From Verrucomicrobiota bacterium (GTDB lineage: Bacteria; Verrucomicrobiota; Verrucomicrobiia; Limisphaerales; JADLHS01): a stretch of 64,000 nt of DNA. The translations under genes and the position numbers were made by a program. The notes beneath the pieces are model-generated. The model saw only the letters and a program-made list of their open reading frames with translations, had not been told where the DNA came from and made no database searches. Positions 52,964 to 62,556 of this stretch are shown piece by piece. Positions within the stretch are counted from its first letter, which is position 1; the number at the start of each line of letters is the position of its first letter. The stretch spans positions 1,055 through 65,054 of the forward strand of contig JABFSR010000080.1 in NCBI GenBank assembly GCA_013140495.1, written 5' to 3'.

Positions 52964-54322
52964 ATGCAACCGAGCGCAACCCCGGCCGAATCATTGCGGA
53001 CTAAAACACCGTTTCTCTGGCGGCTTGGAATCGGAGCAACCGTCGCCGCGATTGGCCTTGCCGCATTTTCACTCCAACACGTCATTGGTCTTCGCGGTCA
53101 GGCAGTGGCGGGAGTGGTCTGCTTCTTTGGTCTCGTGGCGATGTTTTCGACGAATCTGCGCTCAGTCAACTGGCGCACCATCGGTTGGGGATTTGCGTTA
53201 CAGATCACTCTTGCGCTGCTGGTGTTGAAAGTTCCTTTCGTCAAGGCCGGTTTCGAGCATGCAAAGATTGTCGTGGTCAGTTTCATAAATTTCTCGGACA
53301 AAGGCGCGGAGTTCGTCTTCGGCAATCTAGCGCGGCCTGGTGATCTTGCGCTGAATCCTGGAAAGGAATTCCTGTTCATCTTTGCTTTCAAGGCACTGCC
53401 GCCAATCTTGTTCGTTTCTGCGTTCTTCACCGTGCTCTATCACTACGGTATTTTGCAACGCATCGTCCGACTCATGGCGCGCGTGATGGTTCATCTCATG
53501 GGTACAAGCGGCGCGGAAACGCTCTCCGTCTCTGCGAATGTTTTCATGGGCCAGACCGAGGCGCCGCTCATCGTGAAACCCTACGTGCCGCGCATGACGC
53601 GCTCGGAATTGTTCGCACTTATGGCGAGCGGCATGGCTCACATCTCCGGCGGGATGATGGTGGTCTATATCAACTACGGCGCAGACCCCGTGGCAGTGCT
53701 CACCACCTGTATCATGGCTTGTCCGTGCAGCCTGTATCTTTCCAAACTTTTCATGCCCGAACTCGGTAAACCGGAAACAGCCGGGTCGGTCCAGACACCA
53801 CGGGAAAAGTCGCCTTACGTGAACGGGATTGATGCCGCAGCTTCCGGCACAACAGACGGATTGAAACTCGCACTGAATGTCGCGGCGATGTTGATCGTAT
53901 TCATCGCTTTCGTGGCAATGTTCGATGCGATCATCGGCATGGTGAGCAAGGACCTCTCGCTGCAAAAAATCTTCGGCTGGTTATTTTCGCCCGTGGCATT
54001 CCTCATGGGCATTGAGCAGGCGGATGTTTCCAAGGTCGGTAGCCTGCTTGGTGCAAAACTCGCCATCAACGAACACTACGCCTATCTCGTGATGAAAGGA
54101 TGGAAGGCTACACCGGACTTCATGACGGACCGTTCCTACCTGCTTACAGCTTTCGCTCTCACTGGCTTTGCGAATTTCGCATCCGTGGGCATCCAGCTTG
54201 GCGGTATCGGCGCAATTGCCCCGGAACGGCGGCACGATCTGGCTCAACTCGGCCTGCGCGCTTTGTTCGTCGGGTTCGTGGCGACGCTGCTGAACGCGGC
54301 GGTAGCGGGGATTCTGCTCTGA
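52964..54322 (+). CDS. CNT/NupC family nucleoside transporter
   Basis: FMGQTEAPL, KLAINE, LTGFANF. Confidence 0.92.
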   Translation: MQPSATPAESLRTKTPFLWRLGIGATVAAIGLAAFSLQHVIGLRGQAVAGVVCFFGLVAMFSTNLRSVNWRTIGWGFALQITLALLVLKVPFVKAGFEHAKIVVVSFINFSDKGAEFVFGNLARPGDLALNPGKEFLFIFAFKALPPILFVSAFFTVLYHYGILQRIVRLMARVMVHLMGTSGAETLSVSANVFMGQTEAPLIVKPYVPRMTRSELFALMASGMAHISGGMMVVYINYGADPVAVLTTCIMACPCSLYLSKLFMPELGKPETAGSVQTPREKSPYVNGIDAAASGTTDGLKLALNVAAMLIVFIAFVAMFDAIIGMVSKDLSLQKIFGWLFSPVAFLMGIEQADVSKVGSLLGAKLAINEHYAYLVMKGWKATPDFMTDRSYLLTAFALTGFANFASVGIQLGGIGAIAPERRHDLAQLGLRALFVGFVATLLNAAVAGILL

Positions 54323-54340
54323 CCTCAGACGGAGTTGCAT

Positions 54341-55033
54341 CTACCTGCATCGTTCCGGGTAATCGCTGAACACACCGTCCACGCCAAGCGCTCGCATCCG
54401 GGCGATGTCTGCCGGCTCGTTCACCGTAAAAGCGAATACCTTCAGCCCGCGCCGGTGCGCATCAGCAACGAGTTTGGCGGTCACCCGCTCCTTTGGTGGA
54501 TTTACCGAACTCGCGCCAAGCTTGACTGCAAATGCGGCCAGACTGCGCGGCACACGCTCCATCAACGCGCCCGTCGGAATCTCCGGTCGCAACCGTTTTG
54601 CCTCGACGATTTGTTTATGATCGAAGGCCGAGAGTAAAAAGTCATCGTAGCGCCAGCCTCGTTGCGCCACGTAATCATCAATCAACTTCACCACGGGCGC
54701 AGCCGTGCGTGGACCTTTGAGTTCCACATTGATGATCGCACGACGGTTCACGGTGTCGAACACCTCGGCCAGCGTGGGAATCTTTTCGCCCTTGCCGGCA
54801 TCCAGTGAGCGCAAATACGCAAACGACTTATTGGATACAAAGCCACTGCCATTTGTGGTGCGGCCCAGGGTGCGGTCGTGAATCACGATCAATTCACCGT
54901 CCACGAAATACACGTCCACCTCGATGCCGTCCGCGCCGAGTTCCAATCCTTTGCGGACGGAGCGGAGAGTGTTCTCCGGTTCATGCCCGCGCGCACCGCG
55001 ATGGCCGAAGCAAAAGAGTTTCTGAGCTTTCAT
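54341..55033 (-). CDS. glycerophosphodiester phosphodiesterase
   Basis: GHRG, PENTL, IEVDV, HD, ELK, SDYP. Confidence 0.92.
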   Translation of the reverse strand: MKAQKLFCFGHRGARGHEPENTLRSVRKGLELGADGIEVDVYFVDGELIVIHDRTLGRTTNGSGFVSNKSFAYLRSLDAGKGEKIPTLAEVFDTVNRRAIINVELKGPRTAAPVVKLIDDYVAQRGWRYDDFLLSAFDHKQIVEAKRLRPEIPTGALMERVPRSLAAFAVKLGASSVNPPKERVTAKLVADAHRRGLKVFAFTVNEPADIARMRALGVDGVFSDYPERCR

Positions 55034-55061
55034 TTTTCAACAATCCGCAGACGGCTTTCCC

Positions 55062-55090
55062 GGGAGCTCTGGCATCCTGCCGGCTCTCCC
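55062..55090 (+). repeat. possible degenerate GGAG-type REP
   Basis: GGGAG-CTCTGGCATCCTGCCGGCT-CTCCC palindrome; GCATCC core shared with the 7590 element. Confidence 0.3.
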
Positions 55091-55236
55091 AAGGCTGAAC
55101 GCCGTGGCCCGTCGCATCCCGCAAGTCGCGCCAACGCCAACAGTCACGGAATTGATTCGGACTGTAGCAGCCGATGTGAGGAGGCTCTAACTTTTTCTCG
55201 GCTTGCCCGGCGTGGACGGAGGGGTAATGTTTGGAC

Positions 55237-55920
55237 ATGAACCCAAAGCGAACACTTCCGCTCAGGAAAGGGTTTACGCTGGTGGAGCTGCTCGTGGTGG
55301 TTGCGATCATTGCGATTGTTTGGGCGATGATACTACCCATGAGAAACAGAGGAGACAGGCTGCCTGCCGGACAGGGGCGTTGCATGAACAACCTCAAACA
55401 AATTGGCCTCGGCCTGATCATGTATTCGGAGGACAACAATAATCATTTTCCGTGGGAGGTTTCGACCAACGCGGGTGGAAATGCAGAACTTAACGAAGCG
55501 TTTACGCCAGTAAATATTTTCTTGGGCCTTACCAACAACCTCCGTCAGCCCCATCTGTTTGCGTGTCCAACTGACAAGGCTCGGGCAGCGGCTACAAACT
55601 TCGACAACTTCAGCAACACAAACCTCAGCTACTTCGTTTCACTCAGCGCGGTCGCGACAGGAGACTTGAACACCTCCCGGATGATCCTCGCTGGCGACCG
55701 ACACCTGTCAGTGAGCAATCAGCCTGTGAAGCCCGGCTTGTGCCTTGTGGATTCAAACTCCACGCCCGGCTGGACACGGGAACTGCACGAATCCAAAAAT
55801 CTGCTTCAGCGAGGTAACCTGCTGTTTGCGGATGGTCACGTGGTGTTCATTCGCTCAAGCGATCTCCCGGCGTCCTTCAGAAACCAATCAATTACTGCCA
55901 GCCGCCTCGTGATTCCATAG
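55237..55920 (+). CDS. prepilin-type N-terminal cleavage/methylation protein with H-X9-DG-like C-terminus
   Basis: GFTLVELLVV, CMNNLKQIG, H...GNLLFADGHV. Confidence 0.9.
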   Translation: MNPKRTLPLRKGFTLVELLVVVAIIAIVWAMILPMRNRGDRLPAGQGRCMNNLKQIGLGLIMYSEDNNNHFPWEVSTNAGGNAELNEAFTPVNIFLGLTNNLRQPHLFACPTDKARAAATNFDNFSNTNLSYFVSLSAVATGDLNTSRMILAGDRHLSVSNQPVKPGLCLVDSNSTPGWTRELHESKNLLQRGNLLFADGHVVFIRSSDLPASFRNQSITASRLVIP

Positions 55921-55938
55921 CTGTCAACGCCTGACGAC

Positions 55939-57000
55939 TTAGAACAACCCAAGCTGCCGGCCACCCGGACGACGAAAGGCTGCCGTGGAAAGCTGGAGGT
56001 GATTGGCTGCAATGCCCGCACGACGGCAGGCGACGTTGAACATCTGTTCGATCTGCTCCGCAAAGATGCCTTCGCCAGTCATACGTTTTCCGAATTGCGC
56101 GTTGTAAAGTTTCCCGCCGCGCATGGAACGGAGGCGGTTGAGAAACTTCTCCTTCTTGTCGGGAAAGTGCGTGGCGAGCCATTGTTCGAACAGCGGGGCT
56201 ACGGCGTAGGGCAGTCGCAAAACCACATGGCCGGCGAACCGAGCTCCCACCTCGACTGCCGCCGCGAGGATGTTGGGTATCTCATGATCTGTCAGGCCCG
56301 GAATCACCGGCGCGACCATCACACCGACCGGCACGCCTGCCTCGGCAAGTTTGCGAATTGTTGCCAGCCTTGCGCTCGGTGGCGATGTGCGCGGCTCCAT
56401 GACTTTGCGCAAGTCGGCGTCGAGCGTGGTCAAAGAAACAAACACGACGACCGCGTTGTGGCGCGCCAGTTCACTGAGCAAATCCAGGTCGCGGGTGATG
56501 AGTTGATTCTTGGTGACGATGCCGATTGGGTTGCGAAATTCTGCGAGCACTTCCAAGCAGCCGCGCGTGAGTTTCAATCGTCGCTCGACGGGTTGATAGC
56601 AATCGGTCACCCCGCTCATCGCAATGGTTTGCGGTTGCCACTTCGGCGATGAAAGTGCTTCGCGCAGGAGTTGCGGAGCTTCCATCTTGACCATGATGCG
56701 CGTTTCGAAATCCAACCCGGCGGAGAAGCCGAGATATTCGTGTGTGGGCCGCGCGTAACAGTAGATGCAGCCGTGCTCGCAGCCGCGATACGGATTGAGG
56801 CTGAACTCAAAGCCAATGTCGGGACTGTCGTTCCGATTCAAAATTGTGCGGCTGTGATCGCGGAGGAACTGTGTGGTTGGTAACGGTTCTTCTTCCGGAT
56901 TCCAATCTGCATCACGCTCAAGGTGGATTTGCTCAAAACGGTTCGCGGGATTGCTGGCCGCGCCGCGTGCGGGAATGGATGTTGTAATGGCAACAGGCAC
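55939..57000 (-). CDS. PA0069 family radical SAM protein (SplB-like)
   Basis: NPYRGCEHGCIYCYAR, TDCYQPVE, MEPRT; GTG start inferred. Confidence 0.88.
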   Translation of the reverse strand: MPVAITTSIPARGAASNPANRFEQIHLERDADWNPEEEPLPTTQFLRDHSRTILNRNDSPDIGFEFSLNPYRGCEHGCIYCYARPTHEYLGFSAGLDFETRIMVKMEAPQLLREALSSPKWQPQTIAMSGVTDCYQPVERRLKLTRGCLEVLAEFRNPIGIVTKNQLITRDLDLLSELARHNAVVVFVSLTTLDADLRKVMEPRTSPPSARLATIRKLAEAGVPVGVMVAPVIPGLTDHEIPNILAAAVEVGARFAGHVVLRLPYAVAPLFEQWLATHFPDKKEKFLNRLRSMRGGKLYNAQFGKRMTGEGIFAEQIEQMFNVACRRAGIAANHLQLSTAAFRRPGGRQLGLF

Positions 57001-57004
57001 GGGT

Positions 57005-58354
57005 TCAATGCTGGTGTTGGTGTTGTTTGCTGACCTTTGCCAGCCGCTTTTCCCATTCACCTTTGTGCGCAAGCGGATCGGCATCCGTGCCCCAAAGTTT
57101 TTTGACCATCTCACGCTGCGGCACGAACGGACACTTGGCCTTTGGATTTTTGTGAACGCCATCGAGATGTTGCAACGCGAGTTGCGCGCCGGTCATCAAA
57201 GGAGTTTTCTTCAGTTGCTCCTGCAGCTTGTGCGCGGCGTCATCGAGCGCGCCCCAGCGTTCGGCGTACGTGCGCCCCCAAAGTGTGGGCTGGGTATCGA
57301 GCCGCGCGAGATTCCACATCGCAATGCGGATTTGCCGCACCGGACGAAACTGCCCGCCCATGCTGTCGCGGAAAATGCCTTCGAGCGCGGTGTTGATGAG
57401 GGAATTCTGAAATTGAGGATGTTGAAAGCGATGACTGCCGCCAGTTTCGGAAAAGTCGTTGAACCGGATGGTCAGTGAAATCTCTCTTGTCTGCAATTGC
57501 TCGCGGCGCAACTGACCTGCGAGCCGCGTTGCTTCGCTCAAAGTAAACGTGAGCGCGGCTTCGTAGTCCGGCTCGTCGTAAGGCAGCGTGGTGTTGCTCG
57601 AAATCGTGGTGCGATCTTTTACTTCGAGCAGCAGCGGCTCGCTCCAGCGTCCATTGGCAAAGAGCCACAGTTGTTGTCCCCAGATGCCGAATTTTTTCCG
57701 GAGCAGATGCGACGGCAGGTTCGCCACGTGACCGAAGGTCATCGCGCCGAGCGCGGCCAGTGCGCGTTGCCGGTTTTTGCCGAGACCGGAAAGCTCGCGC
57801 ACAGAACGGTCCTTGAGGAATTCCTTTTCCTCACCAATGGAGATTTCAATGAAGCCGGGTTTGGCGGCATCGGTGGCGAGCTTGGCGAGTCGCGATGAAC
57901 TGGCCAGGCCGGCAGAGACAGGAATTCCGACCTCGTTCTTGATGCGCTGACAAATCTGCTTCACGTAATCGGCGGACGTGGTGTTGCGCCAGACGGTTTG
58001 ATCCATCGTGGAAAAATCGAGGAAGCCTTCGTCAATCGAGACGGGCACGAGTGTCGGGGAATATTGCTCCAGCACCCGGAACATTTTCTGGGAGATGTCG
58101 CGGTATTCAGTGTAATGCGGCCGGCACAACACCCCGCGCGGACAGATGCGAGCCGCTTCAAAACACGCCATGCCCGTCGTCACGCCGAATTTTTTCGCCG
58201 TTCGATTCGCGGCGATCACAATGCCGTCACCCCGCCGTCCGCCGCCGACCCAGACGGGCCGCCCTTCGAGATTTCGATTGAGCGCGATCTCGCAACTGGC
58301 GAAGAAGCTGTCGCCATCCACATGCAGAATTCGGTTCGGTGCCCGGGTGCTCAC
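57005..58354 (-). CDS. dinB: Y-family DNA polymerase IV
   Basis: HVDGDSFFASCE, SIDEGFLD, AKLATDAAKP. Confidence 0.88.
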   Translation of the reverse strand: MSTRAPNRILHVDGDSFFASCEIALNRNLEGRPVWVGGGRRGDGIVIAANRTAKKFGVTTGMACFEAARICPRGVLCRPHYTEYRDISQKMFRVLEQYSPTLVPVSIDEGFLDFSTMDQTVWRNTTSADYVKQICQRIKNEVGIPVSAGLASSSRLAKLATDAAKPGFIEISIGEEKEFLKDRSVRELSGLGKNRQRALAALGAMTFGHVANLPSHLLRKKFGIWGQQLWLFANGRWSEPLLLEVKDRTTISSNTTLPYDEPDYEAALTFTLSEATRLAGQLRREQLQTREISLTIRFNDFSETGGSHRFQHPQFQNSLINTALEGIFRDSMGGQFRPVRQIRIAMWNLARLDTQPTLWGRTYAERWGALDDAAHKLQEQLKKTPLMTGAQLALQHLDGVHKNPKAKCPFVPQREMVKKLWGTDADPLAHKGEWEKRLAKVSKQHQHQH

Positions 58355-58516
58355 AAAAGCAGATCAAACTAGATCGCTGTGCGTCTTCACGCCACGATGA
58401 GTTGTTCACAGCGCGGGCATCCTTGCACAGCCTCACGGTCAAAAGCTGTCCAACCCCGGAATGAGTGGTTGGAAATATTGCAGGGATGCGGGCGACGATT
58501 TTGATGCACGCCGCCA

Positions 58517-58679
58517 GGATGTCAGCGCTCCCCCGGCGTTCCTGAACGAGGATGACGCGCTGCGGCGAAGACGTCCGACGAAGCGCCATCACCCGTCGTT
58601 CAGAAATCAGCGGTGTGTGTCGCAGGAAAACGACACGAGGAGCCGGGGGCGATGGTCTGGTGCATGACACCGGACATCC
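58517..58679. ncRNA. candidate multi-stem structured RNA
   Basis: Nested complementary segments (see findings); no family recognised. Confidence 0.3.
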
Positions 58680-58727
58680 GCCCTCGACTCCCCGTGCGCT
58701 TCATCCCCGTTGTGTTGCTCCTGGCGC

Positions 58728-59066
58728 TCATGCGGCAAGAAGTTCGGCGCTGCGTTCGCGGATCCACGCCTGGTGCCGCGCGGTGCGTACGGCAGCGAGG
58801 GCTTTTTCCTCAAACAACGCGGGGAACACGAGCAGCGGAAACTGCGTGGCCCACGCGAGCGCGGCAGCGTCATTGGCAGCGCGGCGCAATCGTGCGTTCA
58901 CTTCCGGCTCGGTCACGGCGGTGAGCCGGGCGCGGAGCAACCTCTCCTTGAGGAGTTCCAACTCCGTGTCTTCCGTGGCTCGAAACGGTGCGGTCGGAAC
59001 GGTCGGCACTTTGAACCGCGTTTCCGGCGCGAACCTCGCGGCCACCTTCTGTCTGTCTTTGTTCAT
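58728..59066 (-). CDS. hypothetical protein
   Basis: 112 aa, SD AAAGG, genome-like codon use. Confidence 0.7.
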   Translation of the reverse strand: MNKDRQKVAARFAPETRFKVPTVPTAPFRATEDTELELLKERLLRARLTAVTEPEVNARLRRAANDAAALAWATQFPLLVFPALFEEKALAAVRTARHQAWIRERSAELLAA

Positions 59067-59104
59067 ATTTTGACCTTTCTTTTGCTGTCCGGCGTTTGCC
59101 GGGT

Positions 59105-59149
59105 ATTAAAACGAAAAACCCGCGATTGACTGGCAATCGCGGGTTTTTC
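59105..59149 (-). terminator. terminator hairpin of a putative attenuator
   Basis: 16-bp perfect stem 59113-59128/59134-59149; U-rich tail on the minus strand. Confidence 0.75.
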
Positions 59150-59167
59150 AGAAATCTTGGTGTTTGC

Positions 59168-59275
59168 CTAAGCTCCTTCTCCCGCGTTGCCAACGAAGAC
59201 GGAATGACGCGTCCAAATGGATCCGAGTCCAGTGGCGCGTAATGTCGTCTGCATCATATTGGTTGCGATCTTCAT
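59168..59275 (-). CDS. putative leader peptide MKIATNMMQTTLRATGLGSIWTRHSVFVGNAGEGA
   Basis: 35-codon ORF ending 18 nt before the terminator; contains a sequence complementary to the terminator 5' arm. Confidence 0.5.
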   Translation of the reverse strand: MKIATNMMQTTLRATGLGSIWTRHSVFVGNAGEGA

Positions 59276-59395
59276 TTTCCGTCGCGGGAAGGAAACCAGA
59301 ATCATGGACGGATGTCAAAGTGTTTTTGCGGGCGGGATTTTTGACAACTGCTTCGGGAATTGCCACGCGGTGGTTAAACAGTTAGAAATGCTGGA

Positions 59396-59899
59396 ATGCC
59401 GACGGTTGCCGAACAACTCCGCGCGGGGCGCGAAGCCCGCAAGCTCTCGATCAATGAGGTCGCCGAGACCACAAAGATCCGCACCGACCACATTCGCGCG
59501 CTTGAGGAGGGCGACTACAATGTCTTCGTCGCGCCGGTGTACATTCGTGGCTTCGTGCGTTGTTACTCGATGCTGCTTCGGCTCGATGTGCCGGCAGTGA
59601 TGAGTACCCTTGATGAGGAACTCGGTCGCACGGAAAAATTCCGCGAACCTCCACCGCTCTCAAACGAAAAGAAAACGCCGCTCGATTTCGTGACTTTGCA
59701 ACTTTCAAAGGTGAACTGGCAAAAGGGAGGCGTGCTTCTTGCGGGGCTGGCAATGGTGGCAATCCTTGTCCTGATCATCTGGTGGTGGAATTCCCGTCGC
59801 GTCGCGACACCAACCGCACCCAGTCCAATTCCTGCCGCAAGATATTCCCGCCCGACCACGGACACATTACCCCTGACGAATCGTCCGCCTCGGAAGTGA
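59396..59899 (+). CDS. RodZ-like HTH membrane protein (short)
   Basis: LRAGREARKLS..VAETTKI..IRALEEGDY..VYIRGFVRCY, then a TM helix. Confidence 0.85.
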   Translation: MPTVAEQLRAGREARKLSINEVAETTKIRTDHIRALEEGDYNVFVAPVYIRGFVRCYSMLLRLDVPAVMSTLDEELGRTEKFREPPPLSNEKKTPLDFVTLQLSKVNWQKGGVLLAGLAMVAILVLIIWWWNSRRVATPTAPSPIPAARYSRPTTDTLPLTNRPPRK

Positions 59900-59924
59900 G
59901 TTGGGTTTGGGCGGAAGGCGCGGC

Positions 59925-60563
59925 TTAGGCGTCTTTGAGATAAAGCGCGCGGTTGCGCCAGAGATAAAGCCCACCGGAAGTCGTCGTCAAAATCACCGTC
60001 AGCCAAAGTGCCAGCACGGCAAACACGGGCACCCACGGCTTCAACACTCCCTGCAACCACGGCCACCACTCCACGTAGGCATCCATCATCAGCAACGCGA
60101 TGATCGCCACCATCTGCGAAATGGTTTTGTGTTTGCCGTATCTTTCCGCCGCAAGCACCACGTTGCGCGAGGCGGCGAGCAATCGAAGCCCGGTGATGGC
60201 AAGTTCGCGCGCCACGATGATGACCACCATCCACGCCTCAACCTTTGCGTAGATGGAAATGCTGCCGACGTGAAACGCCGGTTGCATGTCGCCGCGCAGG
60301 AGTGAACTCATGTGGCGTTCCACAAGCGCGATGAAGGCAGAGCAGGTCATGATCTTGTCCGCCAGCGGATCCATGAGCACGCCGAAGTTGGTGATGAGAT
60401 TGCGGCTGCGGGCGATTTTGCCGTCGAGATAATCCGTAATGGCCGCGAGGCAGAAAAATATGAGCGCGAGCGTGTCGTTGACGGGCGAGCGCGAGAACAT
60501 CACCCAAAGAAACACGCCCGTCAGCGCGAAGCGCGACGTCGTTAATTTGTTGGGCAGGTTCAT
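59925..60563 (-). CDS. pgsA: CDP-diacylglycerol--glycerol-3-phosphate 3-phosphatidyltransferase
   Basis: MNLPNKLT, TDYLDGKIAR, FGVLMDPLADK. Confidence 0.92.
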   Translation of the reverse strand: MNLPNKLTTSRFALTGVFLWVMFSRSPVNDTLALIFFCLAAITDYLDGKIARSRNLITNFGVLMDPLADKIMTCSAFIALVERHMSSLLRGDMQPAFHVGSISIYAKVEAWMVVIIVARELAITGLRLLAASRNVVLAAERYGKHKTISQMVAIIALLMMDAYVEWWPWLQGVLKPWVPVFAVLALWLTVILTTTSGGLYLWRNRALYLKDA

Positions 60564-60586
60564 GCGATGACAGCAGTGCGCGGGCT

Positions 60587-61762
60587 CTATTTCTTTGACG
60601 CCAGGTTCTGAACGTGGCGCTCCATGCGCGTCGTCGCCTCAACAAGCTGTTCGTAGCTCGTAGCAAAGCACGCGCGGCAGAAACCTTTGCCGTTTTCGCC
60701 GAAAGCCGAGCCGGGCACGATGGCTACTTTCTCCGTTTGCAACAAGCCGATGGCGAAGTCCTTTTCGTTCATGCCGGTCTTGCTGATGTCCGGGAACGCG
60801 TAGAACGAGCCGCGCGGCAGATGGCATTTCAACCCGATTTCATTGAATCGCCTCACGACGTAATCGCGGCGGCGATGATACTGGTCGCGCATCTTCTTCA
60901 TCGCGTCCTCGCCGCGCACGAGCGCTTCGATGGCGGCTTCCTGCGCGATGATGGACGCGCAGAGCATCGAATATTGATGCACCTTCATCATCGCTTCGAT
61001 GAGCATCGCCGGGCCGCAGGCGTAACCGATGCGCCAGCCGGTCATGGAGAACGCCTTGGAAAATCCGTGCAGAAAAATCGTGCGCTCCTTCATGCCGGGC
61101 AGACTCGCGATGCTCGTGTGAACGCCCTCGAACGTCAGCTCGGAATAAATCTCGTCGCTCAACACGATCAGATCTTTTTCCACGGCGAACTTCGCGATGG
61201 CCTCGATCTGCGCGCGGTCGCACGTGCCGCCGGTGGGATTGCACGGCAGGTTGAGCATGAGAATTTTGCAGCCCGGCTGCCACGCGGCGCGCAGCGCGTC
61301 CACAGTGAGCGCGAAGCCGTCCTTCGCGAACGTCGGCACGGGCACGGGAATGCCGTGCGCGAGCGTGATGCTCGGCGAATAGCTGACGTAACACGGCTGG
61401 TGATACATCACCTTGTCGTCGGGATTGATGAGCGCGCGGCAGGCGAGGTCGAGACCCTCGCTGACGCCGACGGTGATGATGACCTCGTTTTCCGGCGCGT
61501 AGCTGACGGAATAATTTTTCTCGACGTATTTGTTGATGGCGCGGCGCAGTTCGATGAGGCCGAGGTTGGACGTGTAATGCGTTTTGCCCTTTTCGAGCGC
61601 ATAGATGCCGGCCTCGCGGATGTGCCAGGGCGTGTCGAAATCCGGTTCGCCGACGCCGAGCGAGATGGCGTCCTTCATCTTGGCGACGATGTCAAAAAAG
61701 TCGCGGATGCCTGACTTGGGCAGGTTGACGACGTGCTTGGCGATGAAGCGTGATTGGTCCAT
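60587..61762 (-). CDS. class I/II PLP-dependent aminotransferase
   Basis: GEPDF, NPTG, DEIY, GFSKAFSMTGWRIG. Confidence 0.94.
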   Translation of the reverse strand: MDQSRFIAKHVVNLPKSGIRDFFDIVAKMKDAISLGVGEPDFDTPWHIREAGIYALEKGKTHYTSNLGLIELRRAINKYVEKNYSVSYAPENEVIITVGVSEGLDLACRALINPDDKVMYHQPCYVSYSPSITLAHGIPVPVPTFAKDGFALTVDALRAAWQPGCKILMLNLPCNPTGGTCDRAQIEAIAKFAVEKDLIVLSDEIYSELTFEGVHTSIASLPGMKERTIFLHGFSKAFSMTGWRIGYACGPAMLIEAMMKVHQYSMLCASIIAQEAAIEALVRGEDAMKKMRDQYHRRRDYVVRRFNEIGLKCHLPRGSFYAFPDISKTGMNEKDFAIGLLQTEKVAIVPGSAFGENGKGFCRACFATSYEQLVEATTRMERHVQNLASKK

Positions 61763-61818
61763 AGAAAATTATTTGAAAAGTGGCAGCCGACTTTGGCTTG
61801 TGTGAATTTTGGGCTGCA

Positions 61819-62118
61819 TCATTTCTTCAAAAGTCTTTCGCAGTGGTTTACAACTTTCTGCAAAATTTCATCAGGGCAATTCGGGTCATCTACAAAAAAC
61901 CAATAATCGCCAAACTGGTCATTGATGTTGAATGAGTGGCCACGATATTTGAAATCAATCCAAGCCTCCGTGATGCCATCGGTCATGAAATTGGTGATAA
62001 CCACTCCATTCAAACTGGCAACATGGTCATGTAACTCTTGCCACAACGTCGTCTGCGGCAACAACGCGAATTGTCGCGTGCCGTCGTTCATGATTTGACT
62101 GGAGAGTTGAGTTGGCAT
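61819..62118 (-). CDS. hypothetical protein (low GC)
   Basis: About 99 aa ORF, AT-rich, start uncertain. Confidence 0.6.
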   Translation of the reverse strand: MPTQLSSQIMNDGTRQFALLPQTTLWQELHDHVASLNGVVITNFMTDGITEAWIDFKYRGHSFNINDQFGDYWFFVDDPNCPDEILQKVVNHCERLLKK

Positions 62119-62189
62119 CGGTATCCAACATGTAGTTGCTAATTGATTAAGCGTGACCATTCATCGGTCCTCGACCGTTCCCAATTATT

Positions 62190-62311
62190 TCACGGCGCGA
62201 CCTTGAGGCGTTCCGTTTCCTCGACTTTGCCGCCGAGCAGAAAGCCGTGTTCCTTGTAGGAGCGCAGCATGAAATGCGTGGCCGTGGAGAGCACGCCCTC
62301 GATGGTGGAGA
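62190..62311 (-). repeat. duplicated 3' end of the lrp-family gene
   Basis: 119 of 122 nt identical to 62851-62972. Confidence 0.95.
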
Positions 62312-62329
62312 ATTTGAAAAACATAAACC

Positions 62330-62554
62330 TCAAGCCAGTTCCGCGACGTTATCGTCCTCGTATTTTTCGATGAGCACACCGAGAACTTCCATCAGCGAAG
62401 CCAGCGGATGGTTTTCATCCTCGCCCACTTCATCCACGAGCCGGTCGAGCAGTTTCACGAGTTGGCGGTATTCGCGCTCGTTGTGCGGCACGCGCAACGT
62501 CGGCTCGACCTGCGGCCAGGCCTGAAATGCTTTTTCAATCTGTGCAGTGGACAT
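62330..62554 (-). CDS. HigA-like antitoxin, N-terminal domain only (no HTH)
   Basis: HNEREY..LLDRLVDEVG..HPLASLMEVLGVLIEKYE. Confidence 0.7.
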   Translation of the reverse strand: MSTAQIEKAFQAWPQVEPTLRVPHNEREYRQLVKLLDRLVDEVGEDENHPLASLMEVLGVLIEKYEDDNVAELA

Positions 62555-62556
62555 AA

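Noticed and set aside
57005-57030. QHQHQH tail of DinB as a significant repeat
   Set aside because: Only three 6-bp units at a variable C-terminus.
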